NCBI GenBank assembly: GCA_040357565.1 | Contig: JBDODJ010000062.1 | DNA from: Cercozoa sp. M6MM | Lineage: Eukaryota; Protista; Endomyxa: Ascetosporea | DNA: 64,000 nucleotides | Strand: one strand, 5' to 3' | Shown here: positions 28,143 through 40,738 of the stretch, piece after piece | Position numbering within the stretch: the stretch's first letter is position 1 | Layout of the letters: each line of letters opens with the position of its first letter | Made by a program: the position numbers and the translations under genes | The notes under the pieces: model-generated | What the model was told of the DNA's origin: nothing | The model's database searches: none | Seen by the model: only the letters and a program-made list of their open reading frames with translations

Positions 28143-28509
28143 CTTGGACGTCAAGTTGCGCCGTTTGGCCTTGTTGGCCAGGCATCGCACCTGCCGACCG
28201 AAGGTCCGCACCACTGCCCGCTGCATTTGGTGTCTTTGAGTGTGCACGCGCTGGAGTACACTCGTGCGGCCTCGCGCGCGGACACTCTTACACCAGCTCG
28301 ATCTGTACAGTGTGGGAATAAAAAGTCAAATTTGGTGGTTTGAGCCGGGTCATTGCCTCAGAATTTTCAGGTATTTGGGAGTCTGAGTGTGCGCACGCGT
28401 GTTCTGTGACCCGCGGGTGACATGTCGTTTGTGCCAGAGAACGCGTCGGCATTGCACGAGTACGGATTATTCTGTCGGACAATTTAAAAAAAAAAGTGAG
28501 ACGAAAAAC

Positions 28510-29222
28510 ATGGGTGCGCAGTGTGCTGCTGAACCGACTGCCGGGTTTTGCCGAGTCGCGTGTTCTTGCCGTTACCGGTGTGTTACTGTTGTGTATCAGG
28601 TGTGGGAAGAAGTGAATCAGTGTGGTCTCCAATGCAGGTGCCTACTTTAAGAAGCTGAGTGAAAGGTACATTCCATACAGACATACTGGTGTCGTAAAAG
28701 GCAACAAGTCGAGCTTTGCGCAGAGGAGAGTGGACGCCCAGCGAAGAGGAAGCAACAGTGATCAGGTAACTTGTTGTGCCTGTGTTGTGTGTCGATACAA
28801 AGCGAGTTGTGTGTTCTCTGGACAGACGGCGCGACGAGCGACGAGTGCTCAGTTGTATGGTAGCCTGCGGCGTCGTCCTGCTGGGCACCTTCCCTTTGCT
28901 GCGTGTCATCACGTCCAAGGTGAACTTTACCCCCCTCCCCCCATTACTTGCCTTTACCCCCGCCTTCCTCTCTGGCNNNNNNNNNNNNNNNNNNNNNNNN
29001 NNNNNNNNNNNNNNNNNNNNNNNNNNNNNNNNNNNNNNNNNNNNNNNNNNNNNNNNNNNNNNNNNNNNNNNNNNNNCTTTTACCCCCCCCCCCCCCCTGG
29101 CAGATCGTTCGGGCTCGCGCAGCACGTGGCGTCGGCAGCAGCAGCAGCAGTCGCAACAAGGCGGCAACGGCGACGGCTGGTTTGGCAAGACGACGCCGGC
29201 CGACCCGTGGGGCTCGACATAG
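28510..29222 (+). CDS. Small hypothetical membrane protein (interrupted by an N gap)
   Basis: GT-AG exons give MGAYFKKLSER..VLSCMVACGVVLLGTFPLLRVITSK..GWFGKTTPADPWGST*. Confidence 0.4.
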
Positions 29223-30309
29223 CCTCCTGACCGTCCAATTGACCTGTCAATTTGACCTAACTGACTTGTTGGCTCAGTTTTATCGGCGCACTATTTTTAC
29301 CCGACGATAGGAGGGGGTTGGGACCGCATGGCCTCGAGCCGGCGGCAGGTCATTCGAATTGCCGCCCTAATTGGACCCACTAAGGAAGATACTCAGATGT
29401 GCCCCGAGAACCAGGGTCGCGTAATTATAATATGCGCCGAATCGACGCACACAGCACAGCACCTCCGGATATCGTGGAAGCTCTTTCGTTGTGCACGTGC
29501 AGAAGCTTGTGGGTGGGAGGAGATCTTTTTTCAAGCATATGTGCTTTCAACACCTCAGTTAAACCCTATGCGATGTTGTTTCGCAGATTCAAAAGCTGTG
29601 CCACAAAGTTCACCGGAACTTGGCTTGGCAAATGCGTACGCTAGTCATTGTTGAACTGCACGCTAAATTTTACTCACACTGTGCTGTTGCTAAATGCAGG
29701 TTTGCCGCCAGTTTCGCTGATACCGTTGGGCGATAAGCGTACAACATACATCACGTTGCTCCTTTGCATATCAAGGTGTTCAACTGATACACAGTAACTG
29801 CGGACCGATCCGTACGGGTTTGGTTGCGTTTTACAAACAAAAGTGTACCGCTTGACTCTGGGTTGCGAGGATAGAAATACTCATTATTAGACCCTATTAG
29901 ACGATATCGGTACCGACATTCTTGACGGGAGCTCTCGCTTTCAACTTCGACGAGAGGTGCTGTACATAGCGTGCATGTTAAGTTACTATCGGCATTCATA
30001 TTGTTGCACGTTTCGAAGTGAGCAACCTTAACACGCGCTCTTCGCTGTCGAGAGCCTTCATTTCGACATGTTTTACCCCCCAGTGCATTCACATTTGCCA
30101 GCACTGATTTACTGCGCTCTTCAGTTAGTCAGATGTTAGGTGGTATTGTTTCTTTTAGGGCCGAAGACAATACAAACAGTGATGCAGGCATCGTGCGGAT
30201 TCCGTCGTGTTCTGGCATCGTGCGTATTCTCTTCCCCCCCCCCCCCCCACACACACACACACACACACTTTACACTTCTTAAGGTTGAGTAATGATGTCA
30301 GTGGACGGA

Positions 30310-31433
30310 TCACTCAAGATCAGCAGCTTCTGAGACTTCAGCATGTGCGGCCTTCTTTAGGTTGGCCGTGTTGGACTTCAGTCGGTTCTCCGGGCGCTCG
30401 TGGTCGGTGGGACGCGGGCGGCCGCGAGGAGTGTCCGCGCGGACCTCGTCGGGATTGACACGCACATGACGAGCGACCTCTTCGACCGGGGAGTGCGCTT
30501 CATCCGCCTCCGATGCTGCCCAGTGTACATGTGGTAACATATGTAAATACAGTCCGTTTGTAATAACTGACTAGAGAGGCAGGGATGGAGTACACTTCTT
30601 GGAAGACTCAGAGGAGGCAGCGGCGGCAATTTCCATGAGTCGTACTGGGTCCAGTCGGCGGCACTCGTGCTCCAATGTCAGCGGCCGAAGCAGCGGACGC
30701 AGCACATGCGCAAAGGCGGCGAGTTCACGCTGCTGTTTCTGGAGGGCGCGTCGCGAGGCCGAGCAGAGCGACGAGAGTGCTGCGCCGGTCTGCATACTCA
30801 GTGAGGAGAGACACACCTCGACCGGCGTTCCGAGACTCGCGTGCAGCACCTCGCACATGTCCTTCCGTCTGCACAAGTAGTCTAGCTGTATTCTCTTTGA
30901 GAGACAGGGAGGAGAGTACGTTCGGTGCAGTGCAGTGGCGGCACAGCGTAGTCGACGCAACTGGAGGAACGGGTCGTGCCGTGCCTGCGACACCTCACCC
31001 GCTTCGTCGTTTCTCTGTCGACATACACTTAGGGGGTGGGGTAAAGTCTTCCAGGTGAAGGACTCACGTAGCGCGACTTCATGAGCACGTGCAGTTGGCG
31101 CCACTCGTTGCGCTGCCGGTCGTGCAGCGACTGTGTCCGCGCGGACAGCTGGTGCAACTCGTGCTCCTGCAGCAGTGCGCTGCCAGGTGGGGAGTGGGGG
31201 GTACTTGACTCGTATAAAGTTACACACGTCTGAGAGATGAAGAAACTTACATTTGCTGTTGCTCACAGCGACGCTTGATACCTGCAGCAGCGCTCATGGT
31301 CTTCTCGCCCTGCTCACGTCGTATTTTCTTAAACATACACATCGTGTCTATTATACTGTTCATACAGGTATAAATCCGTAAACATACTGACATAAACTCA
31401 CAATACACCAACAAATACGATTCTCAAAGAAGA

Positions 31434-31494
<61 letters not shown>

Positions 31495-33934
31495 ATTTAT
31501 ATGTATATAGTCAACACAGTCTACCAACACAAGCAGTGCGCGCGGTGTGAGTCGCATGGCTCGGTGCGCACTCAACAGGGCACCGCACGCGTTGCGCGTG
31601 TCGCGCGTTTCGCTAAATCGCTGTGCAGTCGTTTCGTCCGGGTCGCGCAGCCACACTAAAAACAGTAGCGGATACAGACTAACTTCCGTGACCCCCCCTA
31701 ATCTTCTGACCACCATACCAGTCTGTTCGGCAGTGATTCGAGCGTCGGTGGCGACGGCGTTGATGCGCAGACGTTGCTGAGCGGCTTCCGGACTGGTTTC
31801 GAGTTGTTTCTACGGGATAAATGGGAGGGGTAGGGAAGGGATAGGGGAGGGGTAGGGTAAGGATAGGGGAGAAGGGGTAAGGGCAAGGGTAAGGGTAAGG
31901 GTAAGGGGCAGGGGGTCACCTCGGCAGCGAGCAGGTGGAGTTTCTGCTCACTAGCGGCCGTGTCGAGTCGGCGCAGAAGACGCGCAACGCGCTGCGGCAG
32001 CTGCGTCACCGAGTGCAGCGACGACATCAGCAGACGGTGCCACTGCTGGATGCGGTTCCACCTGTTGCCATACCAGAAGTCTATATATAATTATATACAT
32101 AAATTTATATATATATATATATAGATATGTGTGTATGTATAGAAATATAATACATATACATAGAGAGAATGTATAAACACACACACAGTGAATACTCAAA
32201 GCAGGGTGTACTCGCAGTCATCCATGGCAGCAGCGAAAGCGACGTGGTTTCGCATCTCGTCGATTTTCGCGTTCGAGTGGAACTGCCGCTCGAGTATCTG
32301 ACATCCCAAAAAAAGAGTATATGGCCCGTTTACAGAACTCCCCCATACTAGTCGGTACAGTTGTACCTCGGTCACTCCGAGGTGCTTCCACTTGCGCTGC
32401 ATGCGATGCGTCAATTCGCGTGGCTTGAACTTCACCTGGAACACTGGCTGGTCCTCGGGCACTGCCTTGGCACGTGGCGACTCGGCACGAGGCATTTCGA
32501 TCGCCAACTCCTCTGTGCCAGTAGCTGTACTAGGATAAACTTGTCTGGAGTCAGTTTACCAGAGACGATTTCGAGTTCGACTTCAGCGAGTTTGGCACCC
32601 TGTAAGAAGCTCGCTTGGGTTATGTCTTCTCGGAATTGAAAGACTGTTTCTTACGCTTTCGGCGAGTGCAGTCGCCACGTTTTTCGGCACTTCGACGCCC
32701 TCTCTGTGTATGACCAGACTCATCGACCCATCGAGAGACAAAGTGAACAGTCAGTGGGATCTGTACTTTCGAGCAGCTGTAGCAGCAGCTTGAAGCACAT
32801 CAAAGAAGGTCTTTCGCGTCGAAGTTTGCGCCAGTGTGGCCGCTTGCAGCAGCGAACTCTGTTTCAACAGGTGAAGGAAGCTGGTAGAAAACTGAGAAAC
32901 TGACTACCTCCAAGAGTGCCGAGTCCTTCTCTTGAGTCGCTTTTTTCAACTGCTCTTCGCACTCGATTTCGCGCTCAATTTCCTGCAATTTGACACACTC
33001 AAGTTTCAAGGAAACATGCAGATTGACTGATGTGAAGTGTACTCGCAGGGCGTCGCGCGCCTGTTGCGACCACCGACCGAGAGCCGCGCGGATGGTTTCT
33101 CTCTGTTCAATAAGGTTCGGATCAGTTTCGATCTGACAAATGCAAAAAAGAACGAACGACTGGTCTTACCTGTCGCTGTGAGACAAAAGGCATGGCCTCC
33201 AGCACCGTTTTTGACGAGATCTGTTTTCAATTTTTCCAGTTTCTTCCAGTGGTTGTTCTTAATCAAGTCAACAAAGGCAACACCTCGTCCGAGTCGATGA
33301 TTTTGAGTTGGATCAGTTTCGTAGTGGCACCTTGAGCCACCTCCTTGCCTTCCACGAGCTGCACACATGTCCACCATGAGAGGAACGATTCGACCACACT
33401 ACACGGGTGATACAGCAACGACATTGACGAGTGTCTGCGCCTGACGAGTCTTCAGTCCTCGTGTCAGCAGTTTGTGCACCTGGGTATTCCAACAGATACC
33501 TTGGAGGGGTGGAGTGGGTTGGGGGGGAGGTAAAGCAAGCATACAGGAGCACAGGACATGAAGAAGCGTTGGAAGCGCCAGCGCAGCCACATGCGCTGCA
33601 CGGTGCCGAAGATGCGCTCGTGCACCACCGTGTACAACTGTACACAATAGCCAAAACTCTCCCTTAAAACAAAACCGTTTTGACCCCATGAATCAACTGA
33701 TACTTTCTCGAACAGATCGAGCGCCTTCTGACGAAAGAAAACGCGAGTTTTGCCCACTTGGACATCTTCATTGGCATGTGCCTTTTTCGAACATGAAACC
33801 AGATAGGTCAGTTTTAGTCGAGAGGGCAGTTTTATTACCTTGGACAAGTCGTGTTTCAGTGCGTTCAACAGTCGATCCACGGCAGCTTTCCACTCGGCCC
33901 TGGCGTCGCTTCTGTTTCACATAGACTCTTATTG

Positions 33935-33983
<49 letters not shown>

Positions 33984-36900
33984 GAATAGTATGGTACTCT
34001 TTCTTGGATTTGGCATTGGCTTTCGTCATCAAGTCGCGCACCTGTGTATTGCGTATGGGGGAGGGGGATAAAGGGAGGCAGGAGGTACCTTGACACGTTC
34101 GGTGTCGTCTTCGAGAGCGTAGATGTATCGGTCCACGAAGCGTTGGAACAGTCGGCGGTGCTCATAGCCAGCACGACGGACCTGTACAGTTGGACTAGGT
34201 ACAGTTGGACCAGGTACGGTTGGGCCAGGCAGTTAGTACAGTCCAGACGGACTAGATACTGTACTGAGGATTGCTGGTACCCGCAATGCCTCGAAGACGC
34301 CGCCGTACTCGAGTTGCTCCAGGACCTGTCCGAGGGGATTAAGGGGGTTAAGGGGGTTAAGGGGGGTTAAGGGGAGTAGGCTACATAGACTGCGTCGAAG
34401 AGACCCGGGTCGCGAGCAGCGTTTGGATTGATGCACCTCACGTAGAACGGGTGCGTCGCCTTTATTGCCCTGTCGGGGTAGGGGTAAGGGGTGGTAGGAT
34501 AAGGGGGCAAAGGGGGCGAAGGGGGGGGGGGGGTAAAAACTCACTCGTCAAGATCGCCGAGCTGACCGACGAAAATCGTCGCCGTCGAATGCGTCTTGCG
34601 TCTCTATTTTAAGTGAGTATATAAAGGTGTGATTAAGGGGTGATTAAGGGGTGTTAAGGGGTGATTAAGGGGTGATTAAGGGGTAATTAAGGTGGTAATT
34701 AAGGTGGTGATTAAAGGAGTGATTAAGGGGTACTCAAAAGGGGTGAGATGGCCAGGATACCGACTCAGCCTCGCTGTAGCGTTGCATGTGCATCTTGACC
34801 AGAGCACTGGCCAGTGGCAGCTTGCTCTCTGCCACCGCCTCGGCCAAGGCACCTGGAAGTAGGGAGTGGGGAGGGGTAAGGGGGCAGAGGGGATGAAGGG
34901 GGAAAAGGGGTAAAGGGGACGAACGGAGCTACCAGCCAGTTGGTTGCGATTGCGATCGAGGAAGTCACCGACGTCGTACTGCACCTCGCCGGCGTAGTGC
35001 TTGATCTGGACAGAGAGCGAGTTCACTCTTTACCCCCCTGTTTACCCTCCTGTTTACCCTCCTGTTTACCCCCAAGTAAAGCACACAGGAGTACCAAGAA
35101 GTGAGTGCGCCGCTTGGAGCGCAATACTTCGTAAAACGCGTGATTCTCGAACTTTTTGTTGCATTTGTCGGTGAAGCCTTGCTCCGAACCTAGGAAAAAA
35201 GGTAGGGAGAAGGGTAGGGTAGGGTAGAGTAGGGTAGGGTGGGAGTATGTACCATTGGGCAGCAGCAACTCTTCATTCAACACGTCCACGACGCCGCCTG
35301 AATCACAGGTATGTTGAGGAGGGTATGGGAGAGGGGTATATAAGGGTGCACCCTGTCCACTGAACAACTCGACGCAAGGCTTGTTGTCGCGGAAGGCAAT
35401 GTCTACGGGGGGGGGGCCGGCAAAACACAGGGAGTAAACAGGGTAAAGAGCGGGTAAAGGGGGGTTAAAAGGAGGTAAGCAGGGGGTAAACAGAGGATAA
35501 AGAGCGAGGTAAAGAGCGAGGTAAAGAGAGGTAAAGAGCGAGATAAACAGGGGGTAAACAGGGGGCAAACAGGGAAGTGAGTAAATATACCTTCGGTCGG
35601 AATGCCTTCCTCTCGGTGCTCCTCCAGTTCCTGTTCTCCTTAAACAAACCAAAAATAGCCAGTAGCCAAAGGCACCTTTATTTTTTTTTCAGGGGGAAGG
35701 TCCAACCTGCTCGAACACGTGTTCGTTAAAGTGCCGCTGCAGCGTCTCATTCGCGAAGTTTATGCAGAACTGCGCGAATCTGGGGAGGGAGTCAAAGGGA
35801 GGGTCAAACAGAGGGTCAAAGGGAGGGTCAAAGGGCGGGTCAAAGGGCGGGTCAAAGTTCATAACTGCACCGGTTCGTGTCGAAAATCTCAAAACCGAAA
35901 ATATCCAGCACGCCGAGTGTGACGGCATCTTCCCTAAAATTTGTTTCACCCATCCGCGCGGACACGACACCAGCAAACAAGTATGTCCGTACAGTAGAAC
36001 AAATTTACTTGGGAATCGACTCGCCTTTGGTGCACGTATTTATGCAGTCCTGTGGGGGTAAGGGGTAAAGAGGGGTAGAGGGGAGTAAAGAGGGGGTGAA
36101 GAGGGGGTAAAGAGGTAAAGAGGGTAAAGAGGGTAAAGAGGGGTAAAGAGGAGGTGAAGAGGGGAGTAAAGAGGGGGTAAAGAGGGAAGTAAAGAGGGGG
36201 TAAAGATGGGGTAAAGAGGGGGGTTGAAGGGGGTAAAGCAAGAAGATACCACGAGGTGGTCGAACAGCAGTGCATACAAGGTTTTGACGAGCGAGTCGCG
36301 ATTCGCCTTGGCAGCGTCCGGGTTGAGTGCCACGAGTGTCGTTTCTCCTACGGGGAAGGGGAGGGTAAGGGGTATAAATACACACACAGAGAGACACCCT
36401 GCACAGTGATGGCACGCGACGACAGTGCCTTGGCGACTGCTTCTCCATCGCTTTCATCTGGGGGGGGGGGGGGTAAAGAGAATAGGGGTATGGGTAAAGA
36501 CCAACTGTACCTAAGTGCAATAACGCCAATGCTGTCTCTAGGTCCTCTCTTGTCTACGGGCGGTAGGGGGTAAAAGTGGAGGTAGGGTAGAGGTGTAAAG
36601 GACATACGGCGTCAGTGACACGAGAGGAGTCGCCGGGTGCCTCTTCGAACTCGACGTTGCCGAGCCACAGCAGGGCCGACAGGAGTCGCCACACCTCCAG
36701 CTGTCTCTCCGCCGAGAAACCAAAGGCACTCAGTCCGTCCAGCAACTCGTCCAACTCGGCGTCCTCGTCGCGTGCCTCCACCTCGCGCAGTGCGCCATTG
36801 TTGTCACCTCGCAGCATTGCAAAGTCATCTGGGGGTAGGGGTAACAGAGGGAAAGTAAGGAGTCAGGGTGCAAAGGAGGTAAGGGTAGGAAGTAGAAGGA

Positions 36901-38465
36901 GGGGGGTAAAGCTGCTACCAGGCGTAACGACGTGATTGTTGACGAAGAGTTTCGCATCAGCCGCGACGTCGCTGTCGCGTCTTGCCATACACAGCATCTA
37001 CATGGTATACACTAGTTATACTCCCTTCCCCTATACCCCCTCTTACCCCACTTTGCCCCCTCTTTACCCTCTCACCCCTACATTACCCCTGTGCCCTTGT
37101 ACCGAGTAGAAGGCGTGGAAGTTGCGCTCGCCAGCGCCGACACGAACGACTCGCGACTGCTCGAGCAAATAATGCGTCTGCTCGCATCCGACCACGGCCA
37201 TGCTGCGAACACTCCCTTCCGCAGTTCCATACATAGCCTCCTTCCTAAGCAAGTTGTACCCTTTGGACGAGTCGAGTGTCAAACTGAGCCACTTGCCGAA
37301 TCTTGACGAATTCTGCGAGGGAGAGGTAGAGGAGGTAAGACTAAAGGAAGGAAGGCAGGAAAACCTTGTTGCGCACAGTGCACGCGTTGCCGAAAGCTTC
37401 GAGAATGGGCGACGACTTGAGCACGAGTTGGTCCAAGTCGAGCTGCATGACACGCCCAGGATATCACACGTGGTCACTCAGTTTAACAGAGAAGCATACG
37501 TCATTGCCACCCGCTTGTGCAGACGGTAGACACTCGGCCACATAAGTTAGCACACTGGGAGAAGGTACAATAGCCAAGAAGTGCCGCAAACTGAAGATAC
37601 CGTCGCACGAGGAAGGTCTTGCCACTGCCACTCTCGCCTGTCACCACGAGCGACTGCGAGAGCTGGTCCTATTGAGGTACAGCGGTACCTTGGTAACTGG
37701 AAGGAACATTAACGGTCACAGTTAAACCCGCTGTATGGCTTGCAGTGCTGCCGCTGTGACACCGTAGGCATGTGGCTTGTTGCTCTGTCATTGTTTCACC
37801 TCTCTGCCATGAATACACGCTATCACAAAACTGTACCAATGGAGAATCCGATGCGCGGTAGAAACTCGCTTGTGCTTCGTCGTACACTCCACTCTGAAGA
37901 AAATTCAAGGCAGAAGTAAAGTATACAAAGAGTGTCGGAAGTCAAATATAGCTTTACGCGAGGCTCGTGCGGATTCAGCGAAACGAGGATCGACCCGACG
38001 CCGACAAAGACTGCTTTGTTTTCGAACTGTTGTCTCACCTGTCAAAGGAGTCATTAGTAAAGAAAGAAAATGAGAAGGCACAGAAGCGACAACTCACCTG
38101 CCACAGGACGGCACCGTGCGAGAATTCGGCCAGTTCCACAAGATTCGGAACGCTGAGGAAAACAAGATGCTTTAAAAATACCGGGCTGCTCTAAACAGCG
38201 CTAGATACCGCTCAGTGAAGGACGTGTGTGCAGCAATGTCGCATTCGGCCAGTTTTTCAGGCTTGATGCGCAGCTCTCCATGTTTCTCCTGTCAAAAGTC
38301 ATTCAGTGTTTTCCGTCGAGCAAACTAAAGTGACCATGAGGAGTGTACGGTTTGCAAGAGCACGCGTCCGTCTTCCGTAGAGCCCGCAACACGTGCAGGC
38401 AAGAAGCAGTGCTTCGGGTGTGGTGCCCACACCCAAGTGTCCACGGGAAAAGGCAGGCTAGGCAT
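30310..38465 (-). CDS. Myosin heavy chain (SH3-like N-terminus, motor domain, IQ-like region, long unassigned tail)
   Basis: WVWAPHPKHCF, KPHAYGV, P-loop GESGSGKT, LEAFGNARTVRN/NSSRFGK, ERNFHAFY, LDIFGFE, CINFANETLQ, IKHYAGEVQY, FYVRCINPN, GKTRVFFR. Continuity of the tail exons down to 30310 is inferred. Confidence 0.85.
34620..34745. repeat. Intronic minisatellite, approximately (GGGGTGATTAA)n
   Basis: About ten degenerate copies fill a myosin intron. Confidence 0.85.
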
Positions 38466-38919
38466 TGACGACGACTGACTTCTGACTTGAGTGCCGACAC
38501 GAAAACTGCCAACTGACTTGATTCGCCTTTGGCTTGATTTGGATTTACTTTGCACTAGCAGCCGAATTCGGTTTCTATCAGGACCGACAACAAAACCAGG
38601 ACATTGAGTAACCCCGGAAAACCCGACTTAAGGCAGACCTGCGGTGGGGCGCGAAACTGCATGACAACCCGTGCCCTGTTTCCATCAATACCCGTAGATC
38701 TGTAAGATTTTCCACTGTTTACGCTGGAACCCAAGTTCTTACGCCTCTCTTTGTGTGGAAACTGCAGTGGAAAATACTGTACAATCAAGAGCACGGTTCG
38801 CCGCAATCGAAACCCTGAACCTGGATCGATTCAATACTGCACAGGACTCCGACATAAAAAGTTTAGAAAAACTAAGTCCTGCAAAACTCACCAAATCTAG
38901 CATAGTTTTGTGTGCCGGC

Positions 38920-40256
38920 ATGTCAGCATCCGTCAGCAGTGCGCCCAGCGAGTCGGCAAGCACTGGCGATGTGGACTCTGCGCTTCGTGAACTCGATGTA
39001 TTGCATTTTAGTTTTTTTCTTCAGGTTTTATTCTTTCTGGATTCTTGTGCTGTCGTTAGAGAAGCGTCCGCGTGGATGAGCGACGCGGTGAAGTGACCCG
39101 CATTTTGAAGGTATTGGTGTTTGAGGTAACCTGCGAAGGATCTACCACTCGCTTGCGCGCAGGCACCAAAGCTAAACCCGTTTATCATTCTGGGTGTTCC
39201 AACGACCGCGACTGGACCATCAATTCAGGTATGTTTCATTTCATGTGAGTTTATCGCTTAGTGCACAACTGACTGTTTGACTGCAGAAACAGTACCGCAA
39301 ATTGTCGCTGTTTGTGCATCCCGATAAGTGCCGCGACTTTCAAGAGGGTGCTCGTTGTTTGTTTGCTGAGTATTGGAGGACTGCACGACTGTGTTTGTTT
39401 AGATGCCAGACGTGCATTCGAAAAGCTTGACAAGGCCAAAACGCAGCTGCTTGATGCCGAACAACGCGCGCAACTGTCCGAGCTTGTACCCTATCACTCG
39501 TGCACTTTATGCGAGAGGTGTATTTTTAACTTTTAACAGGTGAACATGGCACGAGAGAACGCTCAGAAAAAGCGCGACGAAATTGAAAAGCAAAAACGCA
39601 TCGAGCAGCTTGAAAAAGGTCTATTCTCGCCCTCGTTCTTAACTGTAGGTTTTTGAGATGGCCGAAATGCGTGAGTGTGGAATTCTGCAGAAGCGAACCA
39701 GAGCGACGGCGAAGAGAAAGAAGACGAAGAAGCAAGCATCTCTACCGAAAAGGTAAATCTTTGTCGCGAACAAGAAAGCTTGGGTGTGTATGTACGTCGT
39801 TCCTTGCAGAAAACGGAACTGGCCTACGACCACGATTTCGAACTCGAAGTTCTCAACGAACTCAACGAAATTCTCATTGTAGCTTGGCTTCCCCTTTTTG
39901 TTGTGTTTTCCCACATATGTTGCATTTGCACAGGCAAGAGAATGGGAGCGGAGACAACAAGAGCGCCATACTCGGTACTCTTGGTCTAACTTAAGCGTAG
40001 TCACGCCTCTTCTATTCTGATAATCCACAGAGAGATGGAACGACGCACGCAGGAACAAGTAGACCAGCTGCGACAGGCCAAGGTGCACCAGAATATACTC
40101 TCCCCAAGACTTGCGCTTGCACCAACACCCGGGTGTGCGTGAAAGCAGGTTGAAGCCGAAAAGGTGCGCAAGCAGTGGGAGCAATCGCGCGACAAGCGCG
40201 TCTCCAACTGGCGCGACTTCTCGAAGCGCAAGAAGAAGAAGCGTCGCGTTGTTTAG
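38920..40256 (+). CDS. DNAJC8: DnaJ homolog subfamily C member 8 (Spf31-like)
   Basis: LNPFIILGV..YRKLSLFVHPDKC..ARRAFEKL (J domain with HPD) and C-terminal WEQSRDKRVSNWRDF. Confidence 0.9.
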
Positions 40257-40341
40257 CCACCGCTGCTCGTTAACTAACATTCCGCGTAGAAATCAAATGA
40301 GACGAAACGGCTCTCCGGAACCCGTGTTGGCAGACGAGTTC

Positions 40342-40481
40342 AGAAAACCAACTATGTAGTTCCCCTGCACCAGTCCGGGGTGGGTCACAAGATGGCCGTG
40401 TCTACCACCCGCTTAGGGTAGGACCATACAACTCCCCTCTTGACATTCCCCCGACACCGACGTCGATTTCATGGTTGGTGC
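40342..40481. other. Dispersed ~140-nt structured element, copy A (ncRNA, 3'UTR element or non-autonomous mobile element)
   Basis: Aligns end to end with the reverse complement of 62937-63084, with identical blocks of 31 and 35 nt. Bounded by CCAACTATG...CATGGTTGG. Confidence 0.75.
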
Positions 40482-40699
40482 CGGTAGCCGGCCTCGATAA
40501 CTAAACAAAACAAACAAAGGACAGACTTAGGGCCACCATTCTGGTGGCTGGAGCTGACTAAAAAGCGAGTTGGATAGCCCACCCTAAACCCAGGCGAGGA
40601 CGGACCGGCACAGGGAAACTTGTTACTGACGGTTGTCAGTGAAAGCGGAGACTGCATCACGTAATCTGAGTCAGTCTGCCCGTAACAAACTACATACGA

Positions 40700-40730
40700 T
40701 AGTTGGTTTCTTAGTAGACTGAACCAACTA
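40700..40730 (-). promoter_or_regulatory. Conserved post-stop stem-loop after RRP46
   Basis: Minus strand reads TAGTTGGTTC-AGTCTACTAA-GAAACCAACTA, 8 nt after the TAG. Confidence 0.55.
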
Positions 40731-40738
40731 AAAAAAAA

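Noticed and set aside
34620-36240. Intronic arrays as true telomeres or CRISPR arrays
   Set aside because: The units are degenerate, differ between introns, have no unique spacers and sit inside spliced genes.
40580-40592. CCCTAAACCC as a plant-type telomerase template
   Set aside because: A single 10-nt match outside the conserved element and absent near copy B; there is no other support.
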